This document shows, piece by piece, positions 10,372 through 21,081 of a stretch of DNA of 53,290 nucleotides. The DNA comes from a virus. Lineage: Duplodnaviria; Caudoviricetes. The position numbers were made by a program, and so were the translations under genes. The notes below the pieces were generated by a model. The model did no database searches, was not told where the DNA came from, and saw only the letters and a program-made list of their open reading frames with translations. Positions within the stretch are counted from its first letter, which is position 1. Each line of letters starts with the position of its first letter. Location of the stretch: positions 1-53,290 of the IMG/VR virus record IMGVR_UViG_3300033143_003883; one strand, given 5' to 3'.

Positions 10372-11033
10372 TGTATTTTACACACACACCAAAAATTGAA
10401 ACATATATAAAGCAACCAGATATACCGAATTTATATGCAGATATAGATATAGAATTTGGTATACATGAAAATCCTGATAAAAATCCAGTTTATATGGCAG
10501 AAAAACATTTTGAACCAATGATCATAGATCTTAAAATAAAAGATCCACCGCCAACATTAGAATTTATTATTAATCCAAAAACTATGACAACTACATTGAA
10601 TAAAATGTTAAGGCCACAATTCACTAGATCTGGATGGATAACACAATATCCAGGAGATGAAATGCCATCAATAGATATGACTGGTACTATATGTGGATTT
10701 TATAATGAACGAGATGGATTATCTGGATCTCCATTTCAATATACTAAATTAAATAATTATGAAGATAAATCTAAAGAAAGAGTTTTAGAAGTTAGTAGAA
10801 TTTCATCTGTTGGATATCAATGGTTAATAAAATTATTAAGTTTTTATAAAAATAATGGATGTAATATTAATGCTGATGATAGAAGAAGAATAGATTCAGT
10901 TGGATCTGTAGAAATTTATTATGAAAACACTACTCTTATAGGAAGTTTTAGAAGTTTTGAATTTTCAGAAGATGAAAATAGACCACATACTATGGATTAT
11001 TCTTTTAATTTTAGAGTGAGGCAAATTGTCTAA
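10371..11033 (+). CDS. Tube-initiator / baseplate tube-fold protein (paralog 2)
   Basis: INPKTM...TRSGWI...GDE and GSFRSFEFSEDENRP..MDYSFNF; paralogous to 9652-10371; translationally coupled. Confidence 0.6.
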   Translation: MYFTHTPKIETYIKQPDIPNLYADIDIEFGIHENPDKNPVYMAEKHFEPMIIDLKIKDPPPTLEFIINPKTMTTTLNKMLRPQFTRSGWITQYPGDEMPSIDMTGTICGFYNERDGLSGSPFQYTKLNNYEDKSKERVLEVSRISSVGYQWLIKLLSFYKNNGCNINADDRRRIDSVGSVEIYYENTTLIGSFRSFEFSEDENRPHTMDYSFNFRVRQIV

Positions 11034-13153
11034 TGTATTTCCCGACTACAATTAATTATGGTTCAGTTTCAGAATATAAACAAAAAAAAGTTCTTGCTTT
11101 AGCTCCTGATGCATTAGTATTTTTAAATGGAAATTCTGACATACCTATTTGTTTAAAATGTAATGCTAAAGAAGATTTAAAAAATGATATTACTAATATT
11201 AGTACCAGCCTTGGAATAGAGGGTGCACCAGGAAGTGCAAGTTTTACAATAGTTGCTCCAACTAAAACTTTTGAAACCAAATATATTAAAGATGGAAAAC
11301 TTGCTATTACTGAAATGATGGAAGTTAAAATTTTTATAAAGGGAAGATTTGCAGATAATGATGGATATTTTAATTATTATCCAGTTTTTTGGGGATTAGT
11401 ATCTAGTGTAACAGATAGTTTTAGTGCTGGAGAATATACTATTAATGTAGAATGTAAAGATATATTGCGCTGGTGGCAAATTATGAAAGTTAATATTCAC
11501 CCATCTGTCATAACAGCAAAATTTAGTGGACAACAACCAAATGCACTTGGAAGTCGTTATGCTAATATGAATCCATTTCAAATTATTTTATCATTGGCAG
11601 AATATGGAGCACAAAATTTAATGTCTCCTGCTAGTTATATACAAACAGCAGGTGCTCAAGATTCAATTAAATATTGGCGCAATGCTAATGAAAAAATGAT
11701 TGAATATTGGGCAAATAGATTTAGACAAGTTGGAAAAAATATAAAAATATATGGATATTTAGGATCAGTGCAAGGAAATCTAACAGTTGAAGAGGCTTAT
11801 ATTAAAGGAACAAGAAAATTAGAGCTTCAAGGTAAAAAAACACCATCTCCAAGAGTTAAAATGATACAGAATAATGATTTTCTTCCTTTTTATGAATTTA
11901 AACAATTTGATTTAACTGAAAGTGAATATATGTCTAAATTAGATATGGCATTAGAAGTTAAAAATTATATTAATTATGAATTTTTTATGGATGTAGATGG
12001 TCATATAGTATTTAAACCACCATTTTATAATTTAGATGTTCGCCCAAATAATCCATATTCTATTATTGAAGATATTGATCTTGTTTCGTGGGATTTTACT
12101 GGTTCAGAAGAAGAAGTAATAACTAGATTAGATGTCAGCGGATATATTTCTCCACAATTTAAAACAGAAGTTAGAGGTTCTATATATGGATATTATTGCG
12201 ATTATAATTTAGCAAAAAAATTTGGATTAAGACAGCAATCTATTACTGTTAGACAATTAAAAACTAAAAAATCATGTACATTATATGCTATTAATGAATT
12301 AGCTAAAATTAATTCAAAAAGATTTTCAGGTAGTTTAACTATTATGGGAAGACCAGAATTAAAATTAGGATTTCCAATTTATATACCATCAAGAGATTGT
12401 TTTTATTATGTAACTTCTATAACTCATTCATTTACGTTTGGATCAACATTCACAACAACATTAGGATTAGAAGCAAGACGTGTAAAAAGAGTTGATCATG
12501 AAGTTTCTACAGAAGAAGATGGTGTTGTAAAAAATGGAGCTATGGTTTTTGTTAAAGAAGAATTACCAGAAAATGAAACTAATTTTCAACCATCACCACA
12601 ACAAGAAGTAGAAGAACAATTAGAACAGCAACAAAAACAAGCTGAACCAATACAACATATAGGTTTATATAAATTAGTAGCAAATAAAAAAGTAGATATT
12701 GTTAATTTAGAAAAAAATGAAATACCAGTGTCAGATAAAGATGGATATGAATTAATTGGTGGGTTTACTTATGGAAAAAATTTACAAATTGATTCAGAAG
12801 GAAATATAGTTGCTGGAGATAATAAAACAAATGTCGCTAAATATTTAGTCATGGCAAATCCGGTAAAAGAAAAAGATATTGGAAAAGATAAAAATAAATC
12901 ACATCTTAATGACAATAAAGAACCAGAAGGACAAGTTAGCATTGCAAACAAGGGTCAAGCATTGTCAGAAGTTGTCCCAAGTGGATCAAAATCACGATGT
13001 TCTTGTATAACAAATAATATTAAAATAAAATTAGGTATTATGACAAAAGCAGAAAATGAAGCAGAACAGGTTAAAAATCAAAAAGAACAAGATCAAGTTA
13101 ATTCACAAACAAATAATATCAATCAAAAGAGAAGAATTAATCAAACAGAATAG
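11033..13153 (+). CDS. Baseplate hub protein (gp27/Mu gp44-like)
   Basis: EFFMDVDGHIVFKPP, GSLTIMGRPELKLG and YYVTSITHSF...FTTTLGL hub-fold motifs. Confidence 0.75.
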   Translation: MYFPTTINYGSVSEYKQKKVLALAPDALVFLNGNSDIPICLKCNAKEDLKNDITNISTSLGIEGAPGSASFTIVAPTKTFETKYIKDGKLAITEMMEVKIFIKGRFADNDGYFNYYPVFWGLVSSVTDSFSAGEYTINVECKDILRWWQIMKVNIHPSVITAKFSGQQPNALGSRYANMNPFQIILSLAEYGAQNLMSPASYIQTAGAQDSIKYWRNANEKMIEYWANRFRQVGKNIKIYGYLGSVQGNLTVEEAYIKGTRKLELQGKKTPSPRVKMIQNNDFLPFYEFKQFDLTESEYMSKLDMALEVKNYINYEFFMDVDGHIVFKPPFYNLDVRPNNPYSIIEDIDLVSWDFTGSEEEVITRLDVSGYISPQFKTEVRGSIYGYYCDYNLAKKFGLRQQSITVRQLKTKKSCTLYAINELAKINSKRFSGSLTIMGRPELKLGFPIYIPSRDCFYYVTSITHSFTFGSTFTTTLGLEARRVKRVDHEVSTEEDGVVKNGAMVFVKEELPENETNFQPSPQQEVEEQLEQQQKQAEPIQHIGLYKLVANKKVDIVNLEKNEIPVSDKDGYELIGGFTYGKNLQIDSEGNIVAGDNKTNVAKYLVMANPVKEKDIGKDKNKSHLNDNKEPEGQVSIANKGQALSEVVPSGSKSRCSCITNNIKIKLGIMTKAENEAEQVKNQKEQDQVNSQTNNINQKRRINQTE

Positions 13154-13162
13154 GAGAATTAA

Positions 13163-14854
13163 ATGCGTTCAATAAGGTCAGGAGAAAAACCTTATCAACA
13201 AGCAACAGATAAAAAATTTCAATATATGTTTTTAAAAATAGGTGAAATTGTACGTGTTGATGAAGAAACTTTAATGTGTGATGTTCAATGGTTAGATTCT
13301 CCAGGTGGTAGAACTAATATTCCAATTAGTTTTGCATTTGCTAATCCAAGATCATATATAGGAGGTATGCCAACTGAAGGTAGCATAGCATTATTTGGAT
13401 TTATACAGCATAGTGGTTTTATTGGTGATCCAATGATTGTAGCATATTTACCTCGTGTTCCATTACTTGGACTTCGTGGGCATGAAATAGAAGATAAAGC
13501 ATTTGAAACTTCTACACGTTATAAATATAGAAAATTAAGAAAAGGAGAAACAATACAATCCTCTGATCAAGGTTCTGAAGTATTTTTAAATGAAGATATT
13601 CAAATAATAAATTCTAGACTTTGTGAAATTCTTTTAAGATCTGATGATCAAAATATAATATTTTCAAGTTTAAATAATACAGTAATTACCGAAGCTGGTA
13701 GAATATATACTGGCAATATTATACGAAATGATCGTAAAAGTTCTATAGCTTCTTATGATGCTAATGGAAATCCCTTATTGGTAAATGGATTTTTAAAACC
13801 AATAGTTACTCCAAGTGGAGAAAGATTATTTATAGTAACAAAAGAATTAAGTGCTAATACTATTGATGAGGGTGGAATTCCTTGGAATGAAAATAGAATT
13901 GAAGTTGTAGAAACTGGTGAAAAAAGACAAAGAGTATTAGATGAAAATATTAAAGAGGATATAGATACTATTGTTCCAATAGTTTCAAGAGTATTGGGTA
14001 CTACTGTGGGTAATGATTTAAGCAATAGCAACTACGGGAAAGTATATCGTCCTCAGATATTTACTGGATTTGACAGTGCTTCTGCTTCTGTTGCAGATAT
14101 TCCATGTGCAAGTGCTAATGAAGAAAATAAATTAGCTGGTTGTTATGAATTGAAGTTTAGTAATGGTACACAAATTCATATTGATAAGGAAGGAAAATTT
14201 TTTGCTCATTTTGCAAAAAGTAGTAATTCAGATCCATTAGGAGCAGATCGTTCAATAGAATTTGATGCTTCCGGTGGCATTAAAATTACCATAGGACGAA
14301 ATAAAGATCAAGAAGAAAGTATAAGAGAAAATCGTACTGGTAAAACAGTAGAAATATTTGGACGTGATGATTCATTTGATCAGGTTAGTTTAGATCAAAA
14401 TTTTAGCGGGAAAGTTAAAAAAGTTATAGGCTATAATGATACAGATAAAGTTTCATATGATATATCGGCAGCCGGACAAATTAAATGTTCGGTTGGCGCA
14501 GATTCAGTTAATCAGCGTTCTATAGATTTAGATACAAGTAATGGTATCAAAATAAATATCAATAATCCTGACATAGATGGAAATGCTATAAATATAACTG
14601 CTAATGGAAAATCAGTTGCCACTATAACAGGTGATGTTATAGAAAATTATCAAGATAATCAAACCAGTAATATTGCAAACACAAAAACTGTCAATGCAAA
14701 AGAAATAGTGCTAGATGGGGAAAGCGGAGCAAGTTCTTCAATCGGGGGCGTGATTCAATCTAAATGCATTTGCCCTCTTTCTGGAATTTCAAGAGAGTCA
14801 ATGGGAACTCCAGGTAGTGGATTTTCAGCAACCGTAAAAAGTTCAAAGGATTAA
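13163..14854 (+). CDS. Baseplate central spike (gp5/gpV-like; OB fold plus beta-helix)
   Basis: N-terminal GEIVRVD..CDV...GMP..GS OB-like region; about six ~23-aa beta repeats; CICP near the C-terminus; follows the hub. Confidence 0.7.
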   Translation: MRSIRSGEKPYQQATDKKFQYMFLKIGEIVRVDEETLMCDVQWLDSPGGRTNIPISFAFANPRSYIGGMPTEGSIALFGFIQHSGFIGDPMIVAYLPRVPLLGLRGHEIEDKAFETSTRYKYRKLRKGETIQSSDQGSEVFLNEDIQIINSRLCEILLRSDDQNIIFSSLNNTVITEAGRIYTGNIIRNDRKSSIASYDANGNPLLVNGFLKPIVTPSGERLFIVTKELSANTIDEGGIPWNENRIEVVETGEKRQRVLDENIKEDIDTIVPIVSRVLGTTVGNDLSNSNYGKVYRPQIFTGFDSASASVADIPCASANEENKLAGCYELKFSNGTQIHIDKEGKFFAHFAKSSNSDPLGADRSIEFDASGGIKITIGRNKDQEESIRENRTGKTVEIFGRDDSFDQVSLDQNFSGKVKKVIGYNDTDKVSYDISAAGQIKCSVGADSVNQRSIDLDTSNGIKININNPDIDGNAINITANGKSVATITGDVIENYQDNQTSNIANTKTVNAKEIVLDGESGASSSIGGVIQSKCICPLSGISRESMGTPGSGFSATVKSSKD

Positions 14855-14855
14855 A

Positions 14856-16601
14856 ATGAATAAAAAATGGTTAGATTATGAAATTCAATTACTTAAAAAA
14901 CCTGAATTGACTATAAAAAAATTAATTACCATTTTAAAAAGAACAGAATCCAGTATTAGCAATAAATGTTGTAAATTAAAAATAAAAAAAGATAATAGAA
15001 TATTTTTTTCATCAAAAGAAATTAAAATTTTAAAAAATTCAAAATTAAGTTTTCAAAAATTAAATTGTATTCTAAAAAAAGATATAGAAAGCATTAAAAG
15101 AAAATGCTGGCAATTAAAAATAAAAAGAGAAAAAGAAAGTACTTGGACAAATGATGAAATAAAATTAATTAAAAATGAATTACAGAAAAATAATATATTA
15201 GATTATGACAAGCTTATGATGTTAACTGGAAGAAGCAAATCAAGCCTTAAACATAAATTATCAAGATTAAATTTAACTAATAAATATCCCAATAAAGATG
15301 CATGGAAATCTGAAGAAATTAAACTACTTAAAAATACCAATCTAAGTTTTAAAGATATATCTAAAATAACTGGGAGAACTGTCAAAGCTATTGGAACACG
15401 TTGTGAAAAATTAAGTATTATTAGAAATCCTCGCTGGACTAAAGAAGAAGAAAAAATATTATATAATTTAAATCTTAGTTGCAAAAATTTATCAAAAATA
15501 TTAGGAAAACGGCATGAAACAATTCAAGCTAAAAGACAGCAATTAAACATCAAAAGAGGGCAATATGTTAAATATCCATATAATGATTTTTTTAAATCAG
15601 CCACAAAAACTTCAATGTACGCATTAGGCTTGTGGTGGGCAGATGGGTATATAGATAAACATAGATTTGCTATATCATCATCAAACTATGAACATCTATT
15701 TCAAGTTAAAAATATTATAGGCGTAAAAAGTCCTATTCCAAAAACTTCTTCTAATGGATTTCAATATATAATAGGTCAAAAAGAAATTGTCAAAGATATA
15801 CAAGAAATTTGGGGAGGTAAACCAAATAAAAGTTTAACAGCAACACCACCTAAAAATTTTTCAGAAATATTTTTTTATGATTTTCTTACAGGATTTATAG
15901 ATGGAGATGGCTGGCTTATGATTAGTGGAGCAAGACATTATCCAGATATTGGATGGATTGGCACTAAAGAAATGATGAATTGGATTATAACATTTTTAGG
16001 AAAGCCTACTTATATCAGACAGCATAAAAATGGTCATAATACTTGGTATGTTCATTATCGTGGAGAAAAAGCACAAGAAATAGCAAAAAAATTATATCTT
16101 GATAATCCTCAGCCATATCATATGCAAAGAAAATATAAAATGGCTAAAAAATTAATGCAATGGAAAAGAAAAAGACTACCAAGAAAAAATTACACTTCTA
16201 AAGAAATTTCTTTATTGTATGACACATCATTATCATACAAAATTTTATCTAAAAAATTGAATAGATCTATAAAATCAATAGGCTATAAATGTCAACAATT
16301 AAATATAAAAAGAGATAATCATTGGTCTTTTGAAGAGATTCAATTTATTTCTGACGTTACATTATCCTACAAACAATTATCTCAAAAACTTAATAGATCT
16401 ATTAATTCATTAAGAACAAAATGTTATGCTTTAGATATAAAAAGAAACTTAAGACGTCGTTGGTCTTCTGAAGAGATTCAATTATTATACGATATATCGA
16501 TTTCATATTATCAATTATCTCAAAAACTTAATAGATCTATTAATTCATTAAAAACAAAATGTAGCAAACTTAAAATTAAACGATTAATTCTTAATCAATA
16601 A
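14856..16601 (+). mobile_element. Free-standing LAGLIDADG homing endonuclease with 8 Myb/HTH-like repeats
   Basis: Two LAGLIDADG motifs (YALGLWWADG, FLTGFIDGDG); 5 N-terminal and 3 C-terminal W(T/S)xxE...L..R(S/T)..SI repeats; very Lys-rich. Confidence 0.8.
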
Positions 16602-16611
16602 GGAGAATTAA

Positions 16612-16827
16612 ATGTCAATTGATCCATTAGATACAATAGTAACAAATGTTCAAACACATTTAGCAGATCCAACATTAGACGCAAGTCCTCCTTGGGCATC
16701 TACTGATCATAATAGACGCTTAATTAAAGCTCTTGCTAAAGAATTTTTAAAAGTTCAAATTGAAACCAAAGCGCAGATAGCAGCTGATACAAATGGCGAT
16801 ACAAATCCTCCAGGATCAATCTCATAA
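16612..16827 (+). CDS. Small hypothetical protein, likely baseplate-associated
   Basis: AAGGAG RBS; would directly follow the spike if the endonuclease were absent. Confidence 0.6.
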   Translation: MSIDPLDTIVTNVQTHLADPTLDASPPWASTDHNRRLIKALAKEFLKVQIETKAQIAADTNGDTNPPGSIS

Positions 16828-17540
16828 TGAAAATTACAAAAAATAATTTATCATTTAATGTAATAGATAATTATGCTAATTGTTTCTGGCAGACTTTACA
16901 AGATAATAAATGGGAACCGAATACATTTAAAATATTTGATCAATTTGTTAAATCAGATAAAAATATAATAGATCTTGGTAGTTGGATCGGTCCTACTATT
17001 TTATATAATTCACAATTAGCAAAACATTGTTATGCTATTGAACCAGATCCCATAGCTTTTGAAGTTTTAAGAAATAATGTTAATTTAAATCCATCTTTTA
17101 GAAATAAAATTACTTTATTTAATGGTTGCATAAGTAATCAATGTGGTGTTGTAAATCTTTTTAATAACATATTTGGTAATAGCATGTCTAGCATGATTGA
17201 TAATTGTAAAAAATCTTGCATAGAAGTTCCAAGTTTAACATTGCAAAAATTCATAGAAGTTAATAACATTACTGATTGTAATTTTATAAAAATGGACATA
17301 GAGGGTGGAGAAGTTGTAGTTTTACCAACTATTAAAGATTATTTAACTATTGAAAAAATTACATTGCATTTATCTCTACATTCTCAACTTTTTAATAAAC
17401 AAGATATAGATATTATTATCGAATCATTAATTAACTATGATAATATTTATGATAATAATGGTAGTTCATTGAAGCTAAAAGATTTATCTAATAGATTATA
17501 TAGAGGTGAGCAACCAGATATAGTTTGTGTAATGAATTGA
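16827..17540 (+). CDS. FkbM-family SAM-dependent methyltransferase
   Basis: IIDLGSWIG, YAIEPDP and FIKMDIEGGE motifs. Confidence 0.85.
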   Translation: MKITKNNLSFNVIDNYANCFWQTLQDNKWEPNTFKIFDQFVKSDKNIIDLGSWIGPTILYNSQLAKHCYAIEPDPIAFEVLRNNVNLNPSFRNKITLFNGCISNQCGVVNLFNNIFGNSMSSMIDNCKKSCIEVPSLTLQKFIEVNNITDCNFIKMDIEGGEVVVLPTIKDYLTIEKITLHLSLHSQLFNKQDIDIIIESLINYDNIYDNNGSSLKLKDLSNRLYRGEQPDIVCVMN

Positions 17541-17596
17541 ATATTTAATTAATTTTTCTTAATGTTAAGGGAAGGTTTGCTTTCAAGGATAATTTT

Positions 17597-17992
17597 ATGA
17601 ATATTGAATTGTTAACATTAATTATAAAAATATTATCTCCTATTATAATTGCTTTTACTGGATATATTGGAGCAAAAATAATACAATTATCAAGAAAAAA
17701 AGTAGAAAGACAAGATATTGAAAATACTATATTTATTTTATTTGATATAGCACATAAAACTGTTAAACAAGTATATCAAATAGTCGGAGAAAAAACAAAA
17801 CATGATCATCATGGTCTAAATGAAAATGATATCTTATCACTTAAGCATACCGCAATGGTGAGAATAAAAGAATCTCTACCTAAAAATGTTGTAAAACACA
17901 TACCTAAAATTACAAAAGATTTAGATATATATCTTGATAATTTAATAGAATCAATTATTTACGATTTAAAAAGAATAAAAAATAACGCATAG
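17597..17992 (+). CDS. Probable holin (LL-H-like, single N-terminal TM)
   Basis: Hydrophobic N-terminal helix, then A...V..V.Q and L..LIES.I..LK pattern. Confidence 0.5.
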   Translation: MNIELLTLIIKILSPIIIAFTGYIGAKIIQLSRKKVERQDIENTIFILFDIAHKTVKQVYQIVGEKTKHDHHGLNENDILSLKHTAMVRIKESLPKNVVKHIPKITKDLDIYLDNLIESIIYDLKRIKNNA

Positions 17993-18060
17993 AATGTTGC
18001 ATGGAAAATAATTCTATGCTTAAAAAATAAAAATATTAGAATAATAAAGGAGAATAAATT

Positions 18061-18314
18061 ATGTTATCAAATGATTTAGAAAAAATAGCTGAAAAAATAT
18101 TAAATAAAATAAGTGCAACCAAATTAAAATTTATTGATGTATCTTATGCCGACATGAAAGAAATAGAAAAAATTTTACTTGATAAAAAAACAAATTTTAT
18201 CAATCTAAAATTAATAAAGAAAAATATACGGTGACTATGATAAATGAGTTTGAGGCCAAAAAATTAAAAAATATTTTAAAATCTAAATTTCCTTGGATGA
18301 AAATAAAAAAATAG
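18061..18314 (+). pseudogene. MLS-KIA leader family member, frameshifted at an A7 run
   Basis: Not in the ORF track. AAGGAG RBS, MLSNDLEKIAEKILNKISA..., stop at 18234. One extra A in the run at 18184-18190 extends it as KFYQSKINKEKYTVTMINEFEAKK...PWMKIKK to TAG at about 18314. Confidence 0.6.
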
Positions 18315-18325
18315 GATAAATTATT

Positions 18326-18916
18326 ATGTTTGATTTTAACGGAACTTTTTCACGAGAAGAATTTAATAAGTTTATTGAGTATTTAGATAAACTCAATGAG
18401 GATACAATGTTAAGAATTATTCATTTAACAGCTGAAATATCTAGAGTAGATATTCTTATATTTAAAATATCTGAAGCAGAAAAGAATTTTAATCTAGATA
18501 CAAAAATATCTGAACCATATAATTATTATATGCTTGATTCAAAAGGGAATTGGACAGAAACATTAAATGATTTTGATAGTGGAACTAATAAAATAAATAA
18601 TGATTTATTTCAAATACACAGAAGTGTACAAGACGATGCTGATGTTCAAGTGTTAATGGATGAAATAAAAATTCCATTTAAGAAAAATATTAAAAGACTT
18701 GAACGTGTAGAATATAAATTAAAGAAAGCATTAGATTTAAAAGATCAATTAGAAAAAGAAAAAGAATCTCTAGAAAATTTACAGTCAGGATATAGTGAAA
18801 AGAAAAATGAATTAATACAAGCAGTTAATAATCCAAATCACGAATATCATATAACTAATGATTTAGATTATTTAAGAAATTTAACCCGCTTACCAGCACA
18901 TATGGAGTATGAATAA
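18326..18916 (+). CDS. Hypothetical coiled-coil protein in the baseplate region
   Basis: Open 196-aa ORF with a heptad-like C-terminal half. Confidence 0.7.
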   Translation: MFDFNGTFSREEFNKFIEYLDKLNEDTMLRIIHLTAEISRVDILIFKISEAEKNFNLDTKISEPYNYYMLDSKGNWTETLNDFDSGTNKINNDLFQIHRSVQDDADVQVLMDEIKIPFKKNIKRLERVEYKLKKALDLKDQLEKEKESLENLQSGYSEKKNELIQAVNNPNHEYHITNDLDYLRNLTRLPAHMEYE

Positions 18917-18920
18917 AATT

Positions 18921-19277
18921 ATGTTATCAAAAGAATTAGAAAAAATAGCTAAAAAAATTAATGCTAAAGAAGTAGATAAAGAATGGTTAAAAATGATTAA
19001 TAGTTATATAAAGGGTTTATCAAAAATAAGTGATCATTTGTATAAAAAGGATAATGAAATAAGAAAAATATGGAAAGAACTTGAAGAATATGGTAGTAAA
19101 TTAAATAAAGCAGAAAAAATTCCTTCTCCGGCAGCAACTTATATGCATGAATCAATAGAAAAAATTATTGACATTGCTTGGGAATTAAAAGTAGCAAATG
19201 GCGATATAAATGTTCAAGCTGTTACCTTAAGAAATTCAATAAAAGAATTTGAAAAGGTAATTAAAAAAAATAATTAA
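18921..19277 (+). CDS. MLS-KIA leader family protein
   Basis: MLSKELEKIAKKINA leader; the ORF track start at 18909 is an alternative. Confidence 0.7.
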   Translation: MLSKELEKIAKKINAKEVDKEWLKMINSYIKGLSKISDHLYKKDNEIRKIWKELEEYGSKLNKAEKIPSPAATYMHESIEKIIDIAWELKVANGDINVQAVTLRNSIKEFEKVIKKNN

Positions 19278-19361
19278 TATTACTTCGTCTGCCATGTGTA
19301 GAATGAAATCTTTCATCGTTTTCTCTGAAGATGATGATTGCAATTTTTATTAAGGATTTAA

Positions 19362-20117
19362 ATGTCATACGACTTTCGTTTAAAAGGTAAATGTGATCAT
19401 CATATAGTAAAAGAATATCATACAGTAAATGATGATAGAAAAACTGTACGTTTGGATAGATCTATAACAAATGCTGTAGGCATTAAGTTATATAAAAATG
19501 GATATGAAATTGATAGAAATTCTCAATATTTTCCATGGATATTAGAAAAAGATGAATTATCTGTAGATCCAAATAAAAGAAAAATAGTATTTGTTGATGA
19601 ATTACCATCTGATAATGATTGGGTAGAGGTATCATATTATACATCTCCACAAAATTGTAGAAAATGTCACGGATTAAAAATATTATATGATTTATATTTT
19701 AGCAATACTGGAAAACTTTTAACTGTTAAAAATGAAGAAAAACTTTTACAAGATGTTGAAAAAGCAGTATTTACTATTTTAAATAGTAATCAATATCATT
19801 CATGGTATGGCACTGAAATATATAAATTAATTGGACAAATCAGAAATGATGGATATTTAAAGGCAAGAATAGCAAAAGAAATTAATACTACACTTGAACA
19901 TATTAGAAAATTACAAATTGATCAAAAAATAAAAATTGGTCAAAAGGTTACAAATCGTGAGGCAATAGATAGAATTAGTTCTGTTAATGTAAAGCGAAGT
20001 GATATTGATCCAACTGTATTAAATATAGCAATTGAATTAATTTCAAAAGCTGGTGAATTTGTAGGAATTAGTAATATCGTAAAAACAAGTGATTTTAATC
20101 TATATAAGGGAGTTTAA
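19362..20117 (+). CDS. Baseplate wedge / sheath initiator (gp25-like C-terminal domain)
   Basis: EKLLQDVEK...H.WYGT.I...I.SV.V....DPTVL.I.I gp25/gpW-like pattern; CxxC; upstream of the baseplate J-like gene. Confidence 0.65.
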   Translation: MSYDFRLKGKCDHHIVKEYHTVNDDRKTVRLDRSITNAVGIKLYKNGYEIDRNSQYFPWILEKDELSVDPNKRKIVFVDELPSDNDWVEVSYYTSPQNCRKCHGLKILYDLYFSNTGKLLTVKNEEKLLQDVEKAVFTILNSNQYHSWYGTEIYKLIGQIRNDGYLKARIAKEINTTLEHIRKLQIDQKIKIGQKVTNREAIDRISSVNVKRSDIDPTVLNIAIELISKAGEFVGISNIVKTSDFNLYKGV

Positions 20118-20120
20118 ATA

Positions 20121-20666
20121 ATGTTATCAGATGAAATTATTAAGATAGCAAATAAAATTCAAATATCAAAATTTCCTAATTTTAAACCTGGTGATAAAGT
20201 TAAGATTGATATAAAAATTATTAAAAAAATGAGATTCGCCACAAATAAACCATATTTTATCATGCTTAATCATATTATTAAAGGTTCTGGTGGAACACCT
20301 ACTATTATAAATGTTAACAATATAAAAGGTGAAGCAACTATTACAGAGCATAAACAATCGACAAATAAAATTAACGTACCTTTTGAATCAATTAAAATAG
20401 CTAAAAAAATAATTAAAAGTCGAAATCCAATAAATCTTATTGATAATAATAAAATATATATTGACAAAAAAGATTATGATAAAATTATGAAACACGATTT
20501 TAAAAATGGTAAAAATCCAATGGAATTTGGGCCACTTATGATTGTTTTAAAAAAGAAAAATCCTAAAGGAACTATGATAACAATAATACCTACAAAATAT
20601 TGGAAAGATAATCCATTAAGTCCTAAAAGAGAAGATTTAATTTTAACAATTGGTGATGGAAAATAA
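20121..20666 (+). CDS. MLS-KIA leader family protein; two modules (SH3/KOW-like, then an internal leader)
   Basis: MLSDEIIKIANKI; FKPGDKVKI domain; internal IKIAKKIIKS at 20391. Confidence 0.75.
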   Translation: MLSDEIIKIANKIQISKFPNFKPGDKVKIDIKIIKKMRFATNKPYFIMLNHIIKGSGGTPTIINVNNIKGEATITEHKQSTNKINVPFESIKIAKKIIKSRNPINLIDNNKIYIDKKDYDKIMKHDFKNGKNPMEFGPLMIVLKKKNPKGTMITIIPTKYWKDNPLSPKREDLILTIGDGK

Positions 20667-20679
20667 GGAGAAAAATTTT

Positions 20680-21075
20680 ATGTTATCAGATGAAATTATT
20701 AAAATAGCAAATAAATTATCAAGCAATTCATATATAGATTATTTTAAGAAAGAACAAAAAGAATTTTTTAAAGATTTCAAACAATTTCCTTCAATGGAAA
20801 GCCAATTTAAAATAATAATAAAGATATATGATGAAATTATATATATAGTTGCTAATCCTCTTAAAATAGATAAAAATGATATCAAAAAAATTAAATCAAA
20901 AATAGATAATATACAAGAAAGATTATCAAGTCTTTATTCTGAATATAAAGAATCAATTGGTCCAGTAGATAAAAAAATACTTACTTATCTATATTCTTGG
21001 ATTAAAAGAAATAAAAAACAGCATAAATTCATAGATTTAATAATGAAAAAAGAATTAAATATAAAGGAGAAGTAA
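20680..21075 (+). CDS. MLS-KIA leader family protein
   Basis: MLSDEIIKIANKLSS; AAGGAG at 20665-20670 favours ATG 20680 over the track start at 20650. Confidence 0.75.
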   Translation: MLSDEIIKIANKLSSNSYIDYFKKEQKEFFKDFKQFPSMESQFKIIIKIYDEIIYIVANPLKIDKNDIKKIKSKIDNIQERLSSLYSEYKESIGPVDKKILTYLYSWIKRNKKQHKFIDLIMKKELNIKEK

Positions 21076-21081
21076 TAAATT

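Noticed and set aside
14856-16601. Group I intron around the LAGLIDADG gene
   Set aside because: Only 1 nt and 10 nt separate it from its intact neighbours, leaving no room for a ribozyme core.
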